From Paragordius varius (lineage: Eukaryota; Animalia; Nematomorpha), in contig OZ176050.1 in NCBI GenBank assembly GCA_964247055.1, forward strand, positions 11,470,001 through 11,534,000: 64,000 nt of DNA. Direction: 5' to 3'. Position 1 is the first letter of the stretch, and each line of letters begins with the position of its first letter. A program made the position numbers and the translations under genes. Below are positions 1 to 16,200 of this stretch, in pieces. The notes beneath the pieces were generated by a model. It did no database searches and was not told the origin of the DNA. It saw only the letters and a program-made list of their open reading frames with translations.

Positions 1-3000
1 GTAATCAATACCCGTATGAGTATTGTTTATATAATGATATTGTTATAATATAATGGCTGAATGTAAAAAATACCCGTATGAGTATGGTTAATATAATTTG
101 ATTGTTAAAATGTAATAGTGGAATATAATCAATACCCGTATGAGTATTGTTTATATAATGATATTGTTAAAATATAATGGCTGAATGTAAAAAATACCGG
201 TATGAGTATGATTAATATAATTTGATTGTTAAAATGTAATAGTGGAATGTAATCAATACCCGTATGAGTATTGTTTATATAAATTTATTGTTAAAATATA
301 ATGGCTGAATGTAAAAAATACCCGTATGAGTATGGTTAATATAATTTGATTGTTAAAATGTAATAGTGGAATGTAATCAATACCCGTATGATTATTGTTT
401 ATATAATTATATTGTTAAAATATAATGGCTGAATGTAAAAAATACCCGTATGAGTATGATTAATATAATTTGATTGTTAAAATGTAATAGTGGAATATAA
501 TCAATACCCGTATGAGTATTGTTTATAAAATTATATTGTTAAAATATAATGGCTGAATGTAAAAAAATACCCGTATGAGTATGATTAATATAATTTGATT
601 GTTAAAATGTAATAGTGGAATGTAATCCATACCCGTATGAGTATGGTTAATATAATTTGATTGTTAAAATGTAATAGTGGAATGTAATCAATACCCGTAT
701 GAGTATTGTTTATATAAATTTATTGTTAAAATATAATGGCTGAATGTAAAAAATACCCGTATGAGTATGGTTAATATAATTTGATTGTTAAAATGTAATA
801 GTGGAATGTAATCAATACCCGTATGAGTATTGTTTATATAATTATATTGTTAAAATATAATGGCTGAATGTAAAAAATACCTGTATGAGTATGATTAATA
901 TAATTTGATTGTTAAAATGTAATAGTGGAATATAATCAATACCCGTATGAGTATTGTTTATATAATTATATTGTTAAAATATAATGGCTGAATGTAAAAA
1001 ATACCCGTATGAGTATGGTTAATATAATTTGTTAAAATGTAATAGTGGAATATAATCAATACCCGTATGAGTATTGTTTATACAATTATATTGTTAAAAT
1101 ATAATGGCTGAATGTAAAAAATACCCGTATGAGTATGGTTAATATAATTTGATTGTTAAAATGTAATAGTGGAATGTAATCAATACCCGTATGAGTATTG
1201 TTTATATAATTATATTGTTAAAATATAATGGCTGAATGTAAAAATACCCGTATGAGTATGATTAATATAATTTGATTGTTAAAATGTAATAGTGGAATAT
1301 AATCAATACCCGTATGAGTATTGTTTATATAATTATATTGTTAAAATATAATGGCTGAATGTAAAAAATACCCGTATGAGTATGATTAATATAATTTGAT
1401 TGTTAAAATGTAATAGTGGAATGTAATCCATACCCGTATGAGTATGGTTAATATAATTTGATTGTTAAAATATAATGGCTGAATGTAAAAAATACCTGTA
1501 TGAGTATGATTAATATAATTTGATTGTTAAAATGTAATAGTGGAATATAATCAATACCCGGATGAGTATTGTTTATATAATTATATTGTTAAAATATAAT
1601 GGCTGAATGTAAAAAATACCCGTATGAGTATGGTTAATATAATTTGATTGTTAAAATGTAATAGTGGAATATAATCAATACCCGTATGAGTATTGTTTAT
1701 ATAATTATATTGTTAAAATATAATGGCTGAATGTAAAAAATACCCGTATGAGTATTGTTTATATAAATTTATTGTTAAAATATAATGGGAATGTAAAAAA
1801 TACCCGTATGAGTATGGTTAATATAATTTGATTGTTAAAATGTAATAGTGGAATGTAATCAATACCCGTATGAGTATTGTTTATATAATTATATTGTTAA
1901 AATATAATGGCTGAATGTAAAAATACCCGTATGAGTATGATTAATATAATTTGATTGTTAAAATGTAATAGTGGAATATAATCAATACCCGTATGAGTAT
2001 TGTTTATATAATTATATTGTTAAAATATAATGGCTGATTGTAAAAAATACCCGTATGAGTATGATTAATATAATTTGATTATTAAAATGTAATAGTGGAA
2101 TGTAATCAATACCCGTATGAGTATTGTTTATATAATTATATTGTTAAAATATAATGGCTGTATGTAAACAATACCCGTATGAGTATGGTTAATATAATAT
2201 GATTGTTAAAATATAATGGCTGAATGTAAAAATACCCGTATGAGTATGATTAATATAATTTGATTATTAAAATGTAATAGTGGAATGTAATCAATACCCG
2301 TATGAGTATTGTTTATATAATTATATTGTTAAAATATAATGGCTGTATGTAAACAATACCCGTATGAGTATGGTTAATATAATTTGATTGTTGAAAATAT
2401 AATGGCTGAATGTAAACAATACCCGCATGAGTATGGTTAATATAATTTGATTGTTAAAATATAATGGCTGAATGTAAAAATACCCGTATGAGTATGGTTA
2501 ATATAATTTGATTGTTAAAATATAATGGCTGAATGTAAAAATACCCGTATGAGTATGATTAATATAATTTGATTGTTAAAATGTAATAGTGGAATATAAT
2601 CAATACCCGTATGAGTATTGTTTATATAATTATATTGTTAAAATATAATGGCTGAATGTAAACAATACCCGTATGAGTATGGTTAATATAATTTGATTGT
2701 TGAAAATATAATGGCTGAATGTAAACAATACCCGCATGAGTATGATTAATATAATTTGATTGTTAAAATGTAATAGTGGAATGTAATCAATACCCGTATG
2801 AGTATTGTTTATATAAATTTATTGTTAAAATATAATGGCTGAATGTAAAAAATACCCGTATGAGTATGGTTAATATAATTTGATTGTTAAAATGTAATAG
2901 TTGAATATAATCAATACCCGTATGAGTATTGTTTATATAATTATATTGTTAAAATATAATGGCTGATTGTAAAAAATACCCGTATGAGTATGATTAATAT

Positions 3001-6000
3001 AATTTGATTATTAAAATGTAATAGTGGAATGTAATCAATACCCGTATGAGTATTGTTTATATAATTATATTGTTAAAATATAATGGCTGAATGTAAACAA
3101 TACCCGTATGAGTATGGTTAATATAATTTGATTGTTAAAATATAATGGCTGAATGTAAAAATACCCGTATGAGTATGATTAATATAATTTGATTGTTAAA
3201 ATGTAATAGTGGAATATAATCAATACCCGTATGAGTATTGTTTATATAATTATATTGTTAAAATATAATGGCTGAATGTAAAAAATACCCGTATGAGTAT
3301 GGTTAATATAATTTGATTGTTAAAATGTAATAGTGGAATGTAATCAATACCCGTATGAGTATTGTTTATATAATTATATTGTTAAAATATAATGGCTGAA
3401 TGTAAAAATACCCGTATGAGTATGATTAATATAATTTGATTGTTAAAATGTAATAGTGGAATATAATCAATACCCGTATGAGTATTGTTTATATAATTAT
3501 ATTGTTAAAATATAATGGCTGATTGTAAAAAATACCCGTATGAGTATGATTAATATAATTTGATTATTAAAATGTAATAGTGGAATGTAATCAATACCCG
3601 TATGAGTATTGTTTATATAATTATATTGTTAAAATATAATGGCTGAATGTAAAAAATACCCGTATGAGTATGGTTAATATAATTTGATTGTTAAAATATA
3701 ATGGCTGAATGTAAAAAATACCTGTATGAGTATGATTAATATAATTTGATTGTTAAAATGTAATAGTGGAATATAATCAATACCCGTATGAGTATTGTTT
3801 ATATAATTATATTGTTAAAATATAATGGCTGAATGTAAAAAATACCCGTATGAGTATGGTTAATATAATTTGATTGTTAAAATGTAATAGTGGAATGTAA
3901 TCAATACCCGTATGAGTATTGTTTATATAAATTTATTGTTAAAATATAATGGCTGAATGTAAAAAATACCCGTATGAGTATGGTTAATATAATTTGATTG
4001 TTAAAATGTAATAGTGGAATGTAATCAATACCCGTATGAGTATTGTTTATATAATTATATTGTTAAAATATAATGGCTGAATGTAAAAATACCCGTATGA
4101 GTATTATTAATATAATTTGATTGTTAAAATGTAATAGTGGAATATAATCAATACCCGTATGAGTATTGTTTATATAATTATATTGTTAAAATATAATGGC
4201 TGAATGTAAACAATACCCGTATGAGTATGGTTAATATAATTTGATTGTTAAAATATAATGGCTGAATGTAAAAATACCCGTATGAGTATGATTAATATAA
4301 TTTGATTGTTAAAATGTAATAGTGGAATATAATCAATACCCGTATGAGTATTGTTTATATAATTATATTGTTAAAATATAATGGCTGAATGTAAAAAATA
4401 CCCGTATGAGTATGGTTAATATAATTTGATTGTTAAAATGTAATAGTGGAATGTAATCAATACCCGTATGAGTATTGTTTATATAATTATATTGTTAAAA
4501 TATAATGGCTGAATGTAAAAATACCCGTATGAGTATTATTAATATAATTTGATTGTTAAAATGTAATAGTGGAATATAATCAATACCCGTATGAGTATTG
4601 TTTATATAATTATATTGTTAAAATATAATGGCTGAATGTAAACAATACCCGTATGAGTATGATTAATATAATTTGATTGTTAAAATGTAATAGTGGAATG
4701 TAATCAATACCCGTATGAGTATTGTTTATATAATTATATTGTTAAAATATAATGGCTGAATGTAAAAATACCCGTATGAGTATTATTAATATAATTTGAT
4801 TGTTAAAATGTAATAGTGGAATATAATCAATACCCGTATGAGTATTGTTTATATAATTATATTGTTAAAATATAATGGCTGAATGTAAACAATACCCGTA
4901 TGAGTATGGTTAATATAATTTGATTGTTAAAATATAATGGCTGAATGTAAAAATACCCGTATGAGTATGATTAATATAATTTGATTGTTAAAATGTAATA
5001 GTGGAATGTAATCAATACCCGTATGAATATTGTTTATATAAATTTATTGTTAAAATATAATGGCTGAATGTAAAAAATACCCGTATGAGTATGGTTAATA
5101 TAATTTGATTGTTAAAATGTAATGGCTGAATGTAAAAATACCCGTATAGTATGATTAATATAATTTGATTGTTAAAATGTAATAGTGGAATGTAATCCAT
5201 ACCCGTATGAGTATGGTTAATATAATTTGATTGTTAAAATATAATGGCTGAATGTAAAAAATACCTGTATGAGTATGATTAATATAATTTGATTGTTAAA
5301 ATGTAATAGTGGAATATAATCAATACCCGTATGAGTATTGTTTATATAATTATATTGTTAAAATATAATGGCTGAATGTAAAAATACCCGTATAGTATGA
5401 TTAATATAATTTGATTGTTAAAATGTAATAGTGGAATGTAATCCATACCCGTATGAGTATGGTTAATATAATTTGATTGTTAAAATATAATGGCTGAATG
5501 TAAAAAATACCTGTATGAGTATGATTAATATAATTTGATTGTTAAAATGTAATAGTGGAATATAATCAATACCCGTATGAGTATTGTTTATATAATTATA
5601 TTGTTAAAATATAATGGCTGAATGTAAAAAATACCCGTATGAGTATGGTTAATATAATTTGATTGTTAAAATGTAATAGTGGAATGTAATCAATACCCGT
5701 ATGAGTATTGTTTATATAAATTTATTGTTAAAATATAATGGCTGAATGTAAAAAATACCCGTATGAGTATGGTTAATATAATTTGATTGTTAAAATGTAA
5801 TAGTGGAATGTAATCAATACCCGTATGAGTATTGTTTATATAATTATATTGTTAAAATATAATGGCTGAATGTAAAAATACCCGTATGAGTATTATTAAT
5901 ATAATTTGATTGTTAAAATGTAATAGTGGAATATAATCAATACCCGTATGAGTATTGTTTATATAATTATATTGTTAAAATATAATGGCTGAATGTAAAA

Positions 6001-9000
6001 AATACCCGTATGAGTATGATTAATATAATTTGATTGTTAAAATATAATGGCTGAATGTAAAAATACCCGTATGAGTATGATTAATATAATTTGATTGTTA
6101 AAATGTAATAGTGGAATATAATCAATACCCGTATGAGTATTGTTTATATAATTATATTGTTAAAATATAATGGCTGAATGTAAAAAATACCCGTATGAGT
6201 ATGATTAATATAATTTGATTGTTAAAATGTAATAGTGGAATGTAATCAATACCCGTATGAGTATTGTTTATATAATTATATTGTTAAAATATAATGGCTG
6301 AATGTAAAAATACCCGTATGAGTATGATTAATATAATTTGATTGTTAAAATGTAATGGTGGAATGTAATCAATACCCGTATGAGTATTGTTTATATAAAT
6401 TTATTGTTAAAATATAATGGCTGAATGTAAAAAATACCCGTATGAGTATGGTTAATATAATTTGATTGTTAAAATGTAATAGTGGAATGTAATCAATACC
6501 CGTATGAGTATTGTTTATATAATTATATTGTTAAAATATAATGGCTGAATGTAAAAATACCCGTATGAGTATGATTAATATAATTTGATTGTTAAAATGT
6601 AATAGTGGAATATAATCAATACCCGTATGAGTATTGTTTATATAATTATATTGTTAAAATATAATGGCTGAATGTAAAAAAATACCGGTATGAGTATGAT
6701 TAATATAATTTGATTGTTAAAATGTAATAGTGGAATATAATCAATACCCGTATGAGTATTGTTTATATAATTATATTGTTAAAATATAATGGCTGAATGT
6801 AAAAAATACCCGTATGAGTATGGTTAATATAATTTGATTGTTAAAATGTAATAGTGGAATGTAATCAATACCCGTATGAGTATGATTAATATAATTTGAT
6901 TGTTAAAATGTAATAGTGGAATATAATCAATACCCGTATGAGTATTGTTTATATAATTATATTGTTAAAATATAATGGCTGAATGTAAAAAATACCGGTA
7001 TGAGTATGATTAATATAATTTGATTGTTAAAATGTAATAGTGGAATGTAATCCATACCCGTATGAGTATGGTTAATATAATTTGATTGTTAAAATATAAT
7101 GGCTGAATGTAAAAAATACCCGTACGAGTATGATTAATATAATTTGATTGTTAAAATGTAATAGTGGAATGTAATCCATACCCGTATGAGTATGGTTAAT
7201 ATAATTTGATTGTTAAAATATAATGGCTGAATGTAAAAATACCCGTATGAGTATGATTAATATAATTTGATTGTTAAAATGTAATAGTGGAATGTAATCA
7301 ATACCCGTATGAGTATTGTTTATATAATTATATTGTTAAAATATAATGGCTGAATGTAAAAATACCCGTATGAGTATGATTAATATAATTTGATTGTTAA
7401 AATGTAATAGTGGAATATAATCAATACCCGTATGAGTATGGTTAATATAATTTTGTTATAATATAATGGCTGAATGTAAAAAATACCCGTATGAGTATGA
7501 TTAATATAATTTGATTGTTAAAATGTAATAGTGGAATATAATCAATACCCGTATGAGTATTGTTTATATAATTATATTGTTAAAATATAATGGCTGAATG
7601 TAAAAAATACCGGTATGAGTATGATTAATATAATTTGATTGTTAAAATGTAATAGTGGAATATAATCAATACCCGTATGAGTATTGTTTATATAATTATA
7701 TTGTTAAAATATAATGGCTGAATGTAAAAAATACCGGTATGAGTATGATTAATATAATTTGATTGTTAAAATGTAATAGTGGAATGTAATCCATACCCGT
7801 ATGAGTATGGTTAATATAATTTGATTGTTAAAATATAATGGCTGAATGTAAAAAATACCCGTACGAGTATGATTAATATAATTTGATTGTTAAAATGTAA
7901 TAGTGGAATGTAATCCATACCCGTATGAGTATGGTTAATATAATTTGATTGTTAAAATATAATGGCTGAGTAAAAATACCCGTATGAGTATGATTAATGT
8001 AATTTGATTGTTAAAATGTAATAGTGGAATGTAATCAATACCCGTATGAGTATTGTTTATATAATTATATTGTTAAAATATAATGGCTGAATGTAAAAAT
8101 ACCCGTATGAGTATGATTAATATAATTTGATTGTTAAAATGTAATAGTGGAATATAATCAATACCCGTATGAGTATTGTTTATATAATTATATTGTTAAA
8201 ATATAATGGCTGAATGTAAAAAATACCCGTATGAGTATGATTAATATAATTTGATTGTTAAAATGTAATAGTGGAATGTAATCCATACCCGTATGAGTAT
8301 GGTTAATATAATTTGATTGTTAAAATATAATGGCTGAATGTAAAAAATACCTGTATGAGTATGATTAATATAATTTGATTGTTAAAATGTAATAGTGGAA
8401 TATAATCAATACCCGTATGAGTATTGTTTATATAATTATATTGTTAAAATATAATGGCTGAATGTAAAAAATACCCGTATGAGTATGGTTAATATAATTT
8501 GATTGTTAAAATGTAATAGTGGAATGTAATCAATACCCGTATGAGTATTGTTTATATAAATTTATTGTTAAAATATAATGGCTGAATGTAAAAAATACCC
8601 GTATGAGTATGGTTAATATAATTTGATTGTTAAAATGTAATAGTGGAATGTAATCAATACCCGTATGAGTATTGTTTATATAATTATATTGTTAAAATAT
8701 AATGGCTGAATGTAAAAATACCCGTATGAGTATGATTAATATAATTTGATTGTTAAAATGTAATAGTGGAATGTAATCAATACCCGTATGAGTATTGTTT
8801 ATATAATTATATTGTTAAAATATAATGGCTGAATGTAAACAATACCCGTATGAGTATGGTTAATATAATTTGATTGTTAAAATATAATGGCTGAATGTAA
8901 AAAATACCCGTATGAGTATGATTAATATAATTTGATTGTTAAAATGTAATAGTGGAATGTAATCAATACCCGTATGAGTATTGTTTATATAATTATATTG

Positions 9001-9260
9001 TTAAAATATAATGGCTGTATGTAAACAATACCCGTATGAGTATGGTTAATATAATTTGATTGTTAAAATATAATGGCTGAATGTAAAAAATACCCGTATG
9101 AGTATGATTAATATAATTTGATTGTTAAAATGTAATAGTGGAATGTAATCAATACCCGTATGAGTATTGTTTATATAATTATATTGTTAAAATATAATGG
9201 CTGAATGTAAACAATACCCGTATGAGTATGGTTAATATAATTTGATTGTTAAAATATAAT
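1..9260. repeat. Satellite domain AB-1: alternating A/B monomers forming a 124-bp dimer
   Basis: A = GTAATCAATACCCGTATGAGTATTGTTTATATAATTATATTGTTAAAATATAATGGCTGAAT; B = GTAAAAAATACCCGTATGAGTATGGTTAATATAATTTGATTGTTAAAATGTAATAGTGGAAT. They mostly alternate strictly, with occasional A/B recombinant monomers. Confidence 0.95.
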
Positions 9261-10200
9261 GGCTTAATGTAAACAAACCCGCATGATTATGGTTAATATA
9301 GTTTGATTGTTAAGTTTTAATGGCTAAATATAAACAATACCCGTATGAGTATGGTTAATATAATTTGATTGTTAAAATTAATGGCTAAATGTAAACAATA
9401 CCCGTATGAGTATGGTTAATATAATTTGATTGTTAATATATAATGGCAGAATGTAAACAATACCCGTATGAGTATGGTTAATATAATTTGATTGTTAAAA
9501 TTAATGGCTAAATGTAAACAATACCCGTATGGGTATGGTTAATATAATTTGTTTGTTAATATATAATGGCAGAATGTAAACAATACCCGTATGAGTATGG
9601 TTAATATAGTTTGATTGTTAAGTTTTAATGGCTAAATGTAAACAATACCCGTCTGAATATGTTTAATATAATTTAATTGTTAATATATAATGGCAGAATG
9701 TAAACAATAGCCGTATGAGTATGGTTAATATAGTTTGATTGTTAAGTTTTAATGGCTAAATGTAAACAATACCCGTATGAGTATGGTTAATATAATTTGA
9801 TTGTTAAGTTTTAATGGCTATATAAACAATACCCGTATGAGCATCGTTAATATAATTTGATTGTTAATATATAATGGCAGAATGTAAACAATAGCCGTAT
9901 AAGTATGGTTAATATAATTTGATTGTTAAAATTAATGGCTAAATGTAAACAATACCCGTATGGGTATGGTTAATATAATTTCATTGTTAAAATTTAATGG
10001 TTGAATGCATACAATACCCGCATGATTATGGTTAATATAATTTCATTGTTAAAATTTAATGGCTAAATGTAAACAATACCCGTATGGGTATGGTTAATAT
10101 AATTTCATTGTTAAAATTTAATGGTTGAATGCATACAATACCCGCATGATTATGGTTAATATAATTTCATTGTTAAAATTTAATGGTTGAATGCATACAA
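9260..10200. repeat. Island of ~15 divergent satellite monomers
   Basis: Contains variants rare or absent in the flanking AB domain: GTTAAGTTTTAATGGCTAAAT, GGCAGAAT, TTCATTG, GGTTGAATGCATACAAT, CCCGCATGATTAT. Dimer alternation is lost. Boundaries are approximate. Confidence 0.9.
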
Positions 10201-13200
10201 TACCCGTATGAGTATGGTTAATATAATTTGATTGTTAAAATGTAATAGTGGAATGTAATCAATACCCGTATGAGTATTGTTTATATAATGATATTGTTAT
10301 AATATAATGGCTGAATGTAAAAAATACCCGTATGAGTATGGTTAATATAATTTGATTGTTAAAATGTAATAGTGGAATATAATCAATACCCGTATGAGTA
10401 TTGTTTATATAATGATATTGTTAAAATATAATGGCTGAATGTAAAAAATACCGGTATGAGTATGATTAATATAATTTGATTGTTAAAATGTAATAGTGGA
10501 ATGTAATCAATACCCGTATGAGTATTGTTTATATAATTATATTGTTAAAATATAATGGCTGAATGTAAAAAATACCCGTATGAGTATGGTTAATATAATT
10601 TGATTGTTAAAATGTAATAGTGGAATGTAATCAATACCCGTATGAGTATTGTTTATATAAATTTATTGTTAAAATTTAATGGTTGAATGCATACAATACC
10701 CGTATGAGTATGGTTAATATAATTTGATTGTTAAAATGTAATAGTGGAATGTAATCAATACCCGTATGAGTATTGTTTATATAATTATATTGTTAAAATA
10801 TAATGGCTGAATGTAAAAAATACCCGTATGAGTATGGTTAATATAATTTGATTGTTAAAATGTAATAGTGGAATGTAATCAATACCCGTATGAGTATTGT
10901 TTATATAATTATATTGTTAAAATATAATGGCTGAATGTAAAAAATACCCGTATGAGTATGGTTAATATAATTTGATTGTTAAAATGTAATAGTGGAATAT
11001 AATCAATACCCGTATGAGTATTGTTTATATAATGATATTGTTAAAATATAATGGCTGAATGTAAAAAATACCGGTATGAGTATGATTAATATAATTTGAT
11101 TGTTAAAATGTAATAGTGGAATGTAATCAATACCCGTATGAGTATTGTTTATATAAATTTATTGTTAAAATATAATGGTTGAATGCATACAATACCCGCA
11201 TGATTATGGTTAATATAATTTCATTGTTAAAATTTAATGGTTGAATGCATACAATACCCGTATGAGTATGGTTAATATAATTTGATTGTTAAAATGTAAT
11301 AGTGGAATGTAATCAATACCCGTATGAGTATTGTTTATATAATTATATTGTTAAAATATAATGGCTGAATGTAAAAAATACCCGTATGAGTATGGTTAAT
11401 ATAATTTGATTGTTAAAATGTAATAGTGGAATATAATCAATACCCGTATGAGTATTGTTTATATAATGATATTGTTAAAATATAATGGCTGAATGTAAAA
11501 AATACCGGTATGAGTATGATTAATATAATTTGATTGTTAAAATGTAATAGTGGAATGTAATCAATACCCGTATGAGTATTGTTTATATAAATTTATTGTT
11601 AAAATATAATGGCTGAATGTAAAAAATACCCGTATGAGTATGGTTAATATAATTTGATTGTTAAAATGTAATAGTGGAATGTAATCAATACCCGTATGAT
11701 TATTGTTTATATAATTATATTGTTAAAATATAATGGCTGAATGTAAAAAATACCCGTATGAGTATGATTAATATAATTTGATTGTTAAAATGTAATAGTG
11801 GAATATAATCCATACCCGTATGAGTATGGTTAATATAATTTGATTGTTAAAATGTAATAGTGGAATGTAATCAATACCCGTATGAGTATTGTTTATATAA
11901 ATTTATTGTTAAAATATAATGGCTGAATGTAAAAAATACCCGTATGAGTATGGTTAATATAATTTGATTGTTAAAATGTAATAGTGGAATGTAATCAATA
12001 CCCGTATGAGTATTGTTTATATAATTATATTGTTAAAATATAATGGCTGAATGTAAAAAATACCTGTATGAGTATGATTAATATAATTTGATTGTTAAAA
12101 TGTAATAGTGGAATATAATCAATACCCGTATGAGTATTGTTTATATAATTATATTGTTAAAATATAATGGCTGAATGTAAAAAATACCCGTATGAGTATG
12201 GTTAATATAATTTGATTGTTAAAATGTAATAGTGGAATATAATCAATACCCGTATGAGTATTGTTTATACAATTATATTGTTAAAATATAATGGCTGAAT
12301 GTAAAAAATACCCGTATGAGTATGGTTAATATAATTTGATTGTTAAAATGTAATAGTGGAATATAATCAATACCCGTATGAGTATTGTTTATAAAATTAT
12401 ATTGTTAAAATATAATGGCTGAATGTAAAAAAATACCCGTATGAGTATGATTAATATAATTTGATTGTTAAAATGTAATAGTGGAATGTAATCCATACCC
12501 GTATGAGTATGGTTAATATAATTTGATTGTTAAAATGTAATAGTGGAATGTAATCAATACCCGTATGAGTATTGTTTATATAAATTTATTGTTAAAATAT
12601 AATGGCTGAATGTAAAAAATACCCGTATGAGTATGGTTAATATAATTTGATTGTTAAAATGTAATAGTGGAATGTAATCAATACCCGTATGAGTATTGTT
12701 TATATAATTATATTGTTAAAATATAATGGCTGAATGTAAAAAATACCTGTATGAGTATGATTAATATAATTTGATTGTTAAAATGTAATAGTGGAATATA
12801 ATCAATACCCGTATGAGTATTGTTTATATAATTATATTGTTAAAATATAATGGCTGAATGTAAAAAATACCCGTATGAGTATGATTAATATAATTTGATT
12901 GTTAAAATGTAATAGTGGAATGTAATCCATACCCGTATGAGTATGGTTAATATAATTTGATTGTTAAAATGTAATAGTGGAATGTAATCAATACCCGTAT
13001 GAGTATTGTTTATATAAATTTATTGTTAAAATATAATGGCTGAATGTAAAAAATACCCGTATGAGTATGGTTAATATAATTTGATTGTTAAAATGTAATA
13101 GTGGAATGTAATCAATACCCGTATGAGTATTGTTTATATAAATTTATTGTTAAAATATAATGGCTGAATGTAAAAAATACCCGTATGAGTATGGTTAATA

Positions 13201-16200
13201 TAATTTGATTGTTAAAATGTAATAGTGGAATGTAATCAATACCCGTATGAGTATTGTTTATATAATTATATTGTTAAAATATAATGGCTGAATGTAAAAA
13301 ATACCTGTATGAGTATGGTTAATATAATTTGATTGTTAAAATGTAATAGTGGAATGTAATCAATACCCGTATGAGTATTGTTTATATAAATTTATTGTTA
13401 AAATATAATGGCTGAATGTAAAAAATACCCGTATGAGTATGATTAATATAATTTGATTGTTAAAATGTAATAGTGGAATGTAATCAATACCCGTATGAGT
13501 ATTGTTTATATAATTATATTGTTAAAATATAATGGCTGAATGTAAAAAATACCTGTATGAGTATGATTAATATAATTTGATTGTTAAAATGTAATAGTGG
13601 AATATAATCAATACCCGTATGAGTATTGTTTATATAATTATATTGTTAAAATATAATGGCTGAATGTAAAAAATACCCGTATGAGTATGATTAATATAAT
13701 TTGATTGTTAAAATGTAATAGTGGAATATAATCCATACCCGTATGAGTATGGTTAATATAATTTGATTGTTAAAATGTAATAGTGGAATGTAATCAATAC
13801 CCGTATGAGTATTGTTTATATAAATTTATTGTTAAAATATAATGGCTGAATGTAAAAAATACCCGTATGAGTATGGTTAATATAATTTGATTGTTAAAAT
13901 GTAATAGTGGAATGTAATCAATACCCGTATGAGTATTGTTTATATAAATTTATTGTTAAAATATAATGGCTGAATGTAAAAAATACCCGTATGAGTATGG
14001 TTAATATAATTTGATTGTTAAAATGTAATAGTGGAATATAATCAATACCCGTATGAGTATTGTTTATAAAATTATATTGTTAAAATATAATGGCTGAATG
14101 TAAAAAAATACCCGTATGAGTATGATTAATATAATTTGATTGTTAAAATGTAATAGTGGAATGTAATCCATACCCGTATGAGTATGGTTAATATAATTTG
14201 ATTGTTAAAATGTAATAGTGGAATGTAATCAATACCCGTATGAGTATTGTTTATATAAATTTATTGTTAAAATATAATGGCTGAATGTAAAAAATACCCG
14301 TATGAGTATGGTTAATATAATTTGATTGTTAAAATGTAATAGTGGAATGTAATCAATACCCGTATGAGTATTGTTTATATAATTATATTGTTAAAATATA
14401 ATGGCTGAATGTAAAAAATACCTGTATGAGTATGATTAATATAATTTGATTGTTAAAATGTAATAGTGGAATATAATCAATACCCGTATGAGTATTGTTT
14501 ATATAATTATATTGTTAAAATATAATGGCTGAATGTAAAAAATACCCGTATGAGTATGGTTAATATAATTTGATTGTTAAAATGTAATAGTGGAATATAA
14601 TCAATACCCGTATGAGTATTGTTTATACAATTATATTGTTAAAATATAATGGCTGAATGTAAAAAATACCCGTATGAGTATGGTTAATATAATTTGATTG
14701 TTAAAATGTAATAGTGGAATGTAATCAATACCCGTATGAGTATTGTTTATATAATTATATTGTTAAAATATAATGGCTGAATGTAAAAATACCCGTATGA
14801 GTATGATTAATATAATTTGATTGTTAAAATGTAATAGTGGAATATAATCAATACCCGTATGAGTATTGTTTATATAATTATATTGTTAAAATATAATGGC
14901 TGAATGTAAAAAATACCCGTATGAGTATGATTAATATAATTTGATTGTTAAAATGTAATAGTGGAATGTAATCCATACCCGTATGAGTATGGTTAATATA
15001 ATTTGATTGTTAAAATATAATGGCTGAATGTAAAAAATACCTGTATGAGTATGATTAATATAATTTGATTGTTAAAATGTAATAGTGGAATATAATCAAT
15101 ACCCGGATGAGTATTGTTTATATAATTATATTGTTAAAATATAATGGCTGAATGTAAAAAATACCCGTATGAGTATGGTTAATATAATTTGATTGTTAAA
15201 ATGTAATAGTGGAATATAATCAATACCCGTATGAGTATTGTTTATATAATTATATTGTTAAAATATAATGGCTGAATGTAAAAAATACCCGTATGAGTAT
15301 TGTTTATATAAATTTATTGTTAAAATATAATGGCTGAATGTAAAAAATACCCGTATGAGTATGGTTAATATAATTTGATTGTTAAAATGTAATAGTGGAA
15401 TGTAATCAATACCCGTATGAGTATTGTTTATATAATTATATTGTTAAAATATAATGGCTGAATGTAAAAATACCCGTATGAGTATGATTAATATAATTTG
15501 ATTGTTAAAATGTAATAGTGGAATATAATCAATACCCGTATGAGTATTGTTTATATAATTATATTGTTAAAATATAATGGCTGATTGTAAAAAATACCCG
15601 TATGAGTATGATTAATATAATTTGATTATTAAAATGTAATAGTGGAATGTAATCAATACCCGTATGAGTATTGTTTATATAATTATATTGTTAAAATATA
15701 ATGGCTGTATGTAAACAATACCCGTATGAGTATGGTTAATATAATATGATTGTTAAAATATAATGGCTGAATGTAAAAATACCCGTATGAGTATGATTAA
15801 TATAATTTGATTATTAAAATGTAATAGTGGAATGTAATCAATACCCGTATGAGTATTGTTTATATAATTATATTGTTAAAATATAATGGCTGTATGTAAA
15901 CAATACCCGTATGAGTATGGTTAATATAATTTGATTGTTGAAAATATAATGGCTGAATGTAAACAATACCCGCATGAGTATGGTTAATATAATTTGATTG
16001 TTAAAATATAATGGCTGAATGTAAAAATACCCGTATGAGTATGGTTAATATAATTTGATTGTTAAAATATAATGGCTGAATGTAAAAATACCCGTATGAG
16101 TATGATTAATATAATTTGATTGTTAAAATGTAATAGTGGAATATAATCAATACCCGTATGAGTATTGTTTATATAATTATATTGTTAAAATATAATGGCT

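Noticed and set aside
5012-5200. 62-aa ORF within the satellite
   Set aside because: It is a chance open frame created by local variants in the repeat.
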